Shown here one piece after another: positions 63,501 through 64,000 of a stretch of 64,000 nt of DNA (positions within the stretch are counted from its first letter, which is position 1; the number at the start of each line of letters is the position of its first letter). A program made the translations under genes and the position numbers. The stretch spans positions 256,001 through 320,000 of the forward strand of contig CAWHAZ010000005.1 of assembly GCA_963827475.1 (NCBI GenBank). Direction: 5' to 3'. The stretch is from an uncultured Chloroflexia bacterium (GTDB lineage: Bacteria > Chloroflexota > Limnocylindria > QHBO01). Below the pieces are notes generated by a model. The model had not been told where the DNA came from, ran no database searches, and was given only the letters and a program-made list of their open reading frames with translations.

Positions 63501-64000
63501 GACCTGAACGGCGGCACCCTGGAAGCCCTCGGCAACATCACGCTGCTCGGGACATTCGACGGGGAAACCGGGACGCTGCGCATCGGCGGCGCCGGCGCCC
63601 AGACGCTCACCGGCAGCGCGACGGCGACCACCGGCGACATGGCCAACATCGTGATCGACAAGCCCGCCGGCACCCTGTTCCTGGTCGGGACCATCCGACT
63701 GACCACGGCGGCGTGGACCTGGGTCGACGGCGCCGTGGACGCGGGGACCAGCGTCCTGGTGCTGGACGCCGGCACGACCATCGCCGGCACCCACACCGTG
63801 CACGACCTCATCCTGCGCGGCGGCGCGCATACGGTCGGAAGCGGGCTGCCGACCGCCGGCGGCCTGCTCACCCTGGAGGACGGCACCGTGGACGGTGGGA
63901 CGCTCGGCGCCGCGGGCGACGTCACCCAGGCGGCGGCCTTCGACGGCGGCTCCGGCACCCTCGTCTTCACCGGCGCGGCGAACCAGACCTTCACCGGCGC
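60513..64000 (+). CDS. Giant secreted Gly/Thr/Ala-rich repeat protein (adhesin/beta-solenoid-like), runs off window
   Basis: Own translation: signal MLWLAPFALPLLLTFAVLGSVALPPTVKA, then TWDGGG..LWNDPLNWS; no stop seen to 64000, so absent from ORF track. Confidence 0.85.
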   Translation, partial: MLWLAPFALPLLLTFAVLGSVALPPTVKAATRTWDGGGPTTLWNDPLNWSANTLPVAGDTVIFDGTSSKNADINVAVTVAIVQVNAGYGGTITQMPGVNLTVTSSYSQSAGSFAGGTTAISVGSFTLNPGATFSSTAATLTVTGAFTMSGGSFAHNNGTVAFSTGNVTIDVPTSIALNNASFLSGTKTIAAGDTLNVAGTLNLAGGVVNTGTLAAMGNIDVQAGFTGNSTGILLVSGSGAQTMTGNHAVGSGDLPGVVINKPSGALTLAGTLRTTDNWTYTAAPGGLNVAGSTVSFAGGTITGSHTLNAVEIRGGTITIAAGTTVTVGAGLNLFSGVVNTGTLAAMGNIDVQAGFTGNSTGILLVSGSGAQTMTGNHAVGSGDLPGVVINKPSGALTLAGTLRTTDNWTYTAAPGGLNVAGSTVSFAGGTITGSHTLNAVEIRGGTITIAAGTTVTVGAGLNLFSGVVNTGTLAATGNIDVQAGFTGNSTGILLVSGSGAQTMTGNHAVGSGDLPGVVINKPSGALTLAGTLRTTDNWTYTAAPGGLNVAGSTVSFAGGTITGSHTLNAVEIRGGTITIAAGTTVTVGAGLNLFSGTMNTGTLAAQGSIAAQVGFTGGGTATLLINGSGNQTVTGYHTVLVGALPAVDVNKPSGSLTLAAPGPGTGILRTARNWTVSAVPGGLNVTGSTVVFAGNLTITGSHTLNTVEFRGGTVVIAAGTTLTAAGTTELFSGTVNQAAATGTIAAQGDINARVGFTGGGTATLLINGSANQLFDGDHTVTVGALPNVDVNKPAGTLTLTDTLRTARNWTVSAVPGGLTVTGSTVVFAGNLTITGSHTLNNVEFRAGVAVIAAGTTLTAAGTTTLTDGDLNGGTLDALGNLSQAATFDGETATIRIAGVTNQTFTGAATSTTGDLPAIVIDKPSGTLFLVGTIRTTTVGWTWLQGAVDPGTATVVFNTSTVTGDHTLHNVELQGGVVAIAAGDTLTAAGTTTLTDGDLNGGTLEALGNITLLGTFDGETGTLRIGGAGAQTLTGSATATTGDMANIVIDKPAGTLFLVGTIRLTTAAWTWVDGAVDAGTSVLVLDAGTTIAGTHTVHDLILRGGAHTVGSGLPTAGGLLTLEDGTVDGGTLGAAGDVTQAAAFDGGSGTLVFTGAANQTFTG
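61126..62299 (+). repeat. Three near-identical 390-bp tandem repeats (130 aa)
   Basis: GGGGTGGTCAACACCGGGACC recurs near 61128, 61518, 61908; only three variable sites seen. Confidence 0.95.

Overview
High-GC bacterial chromosome segment, mostly housekeeping genes. The gene style suggests a monoderm lineage such as Chloroflexota or Actinomycetota (inference only). In order: 3' part of a divergent metE plus a metF-like gene; a visibly lower-GC ~9 kb lipid-linked glycosylation cassette (two GT-C-like membrane proteins, nucleotide-sugar dehydrogenase, SDR, two methyltransferases, flippase-like protein, GT2) beside a PIG-V-like transferase and tRNA-Pro(CGG); MFS/ABC transporters; a Pro/Thr-stalked surface protein translationally coupled to a membrane GAF-GGDEF-EAL enzyme; panG-like/panC/panB; a NiCoT transporter head-to-head with an atypical ureohydrolase; a divergent secreted phosphodiesterase/ExeM nuclease pair; corA; a 3-blade lectin; tnaA; a KamB/NpmA-like 16S methyltransferase with an in-frame stop; menA-MOSC-DUF2236-ctaAB; ctaG and an aa3-type oxidase operon whose subunit II carries a fused blue-copper domain; ispG, trxB, MMPL, CoA-transferase; and the start of a giant repeat surface protein missing from the ORF track. 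About ten genes carry small indels that look like long-read errors. Many genes appear leaderless (TANNNT 6-9 nt before the start). Best candidates for something undescribed: the cupredoxin-fused CoxII, the stalk protein/PilS-like c-di-GMP module, the co-diverged MetE/MetF pair, and the glycosylation cassette. All calls are by eye from motifs; no searches were run.
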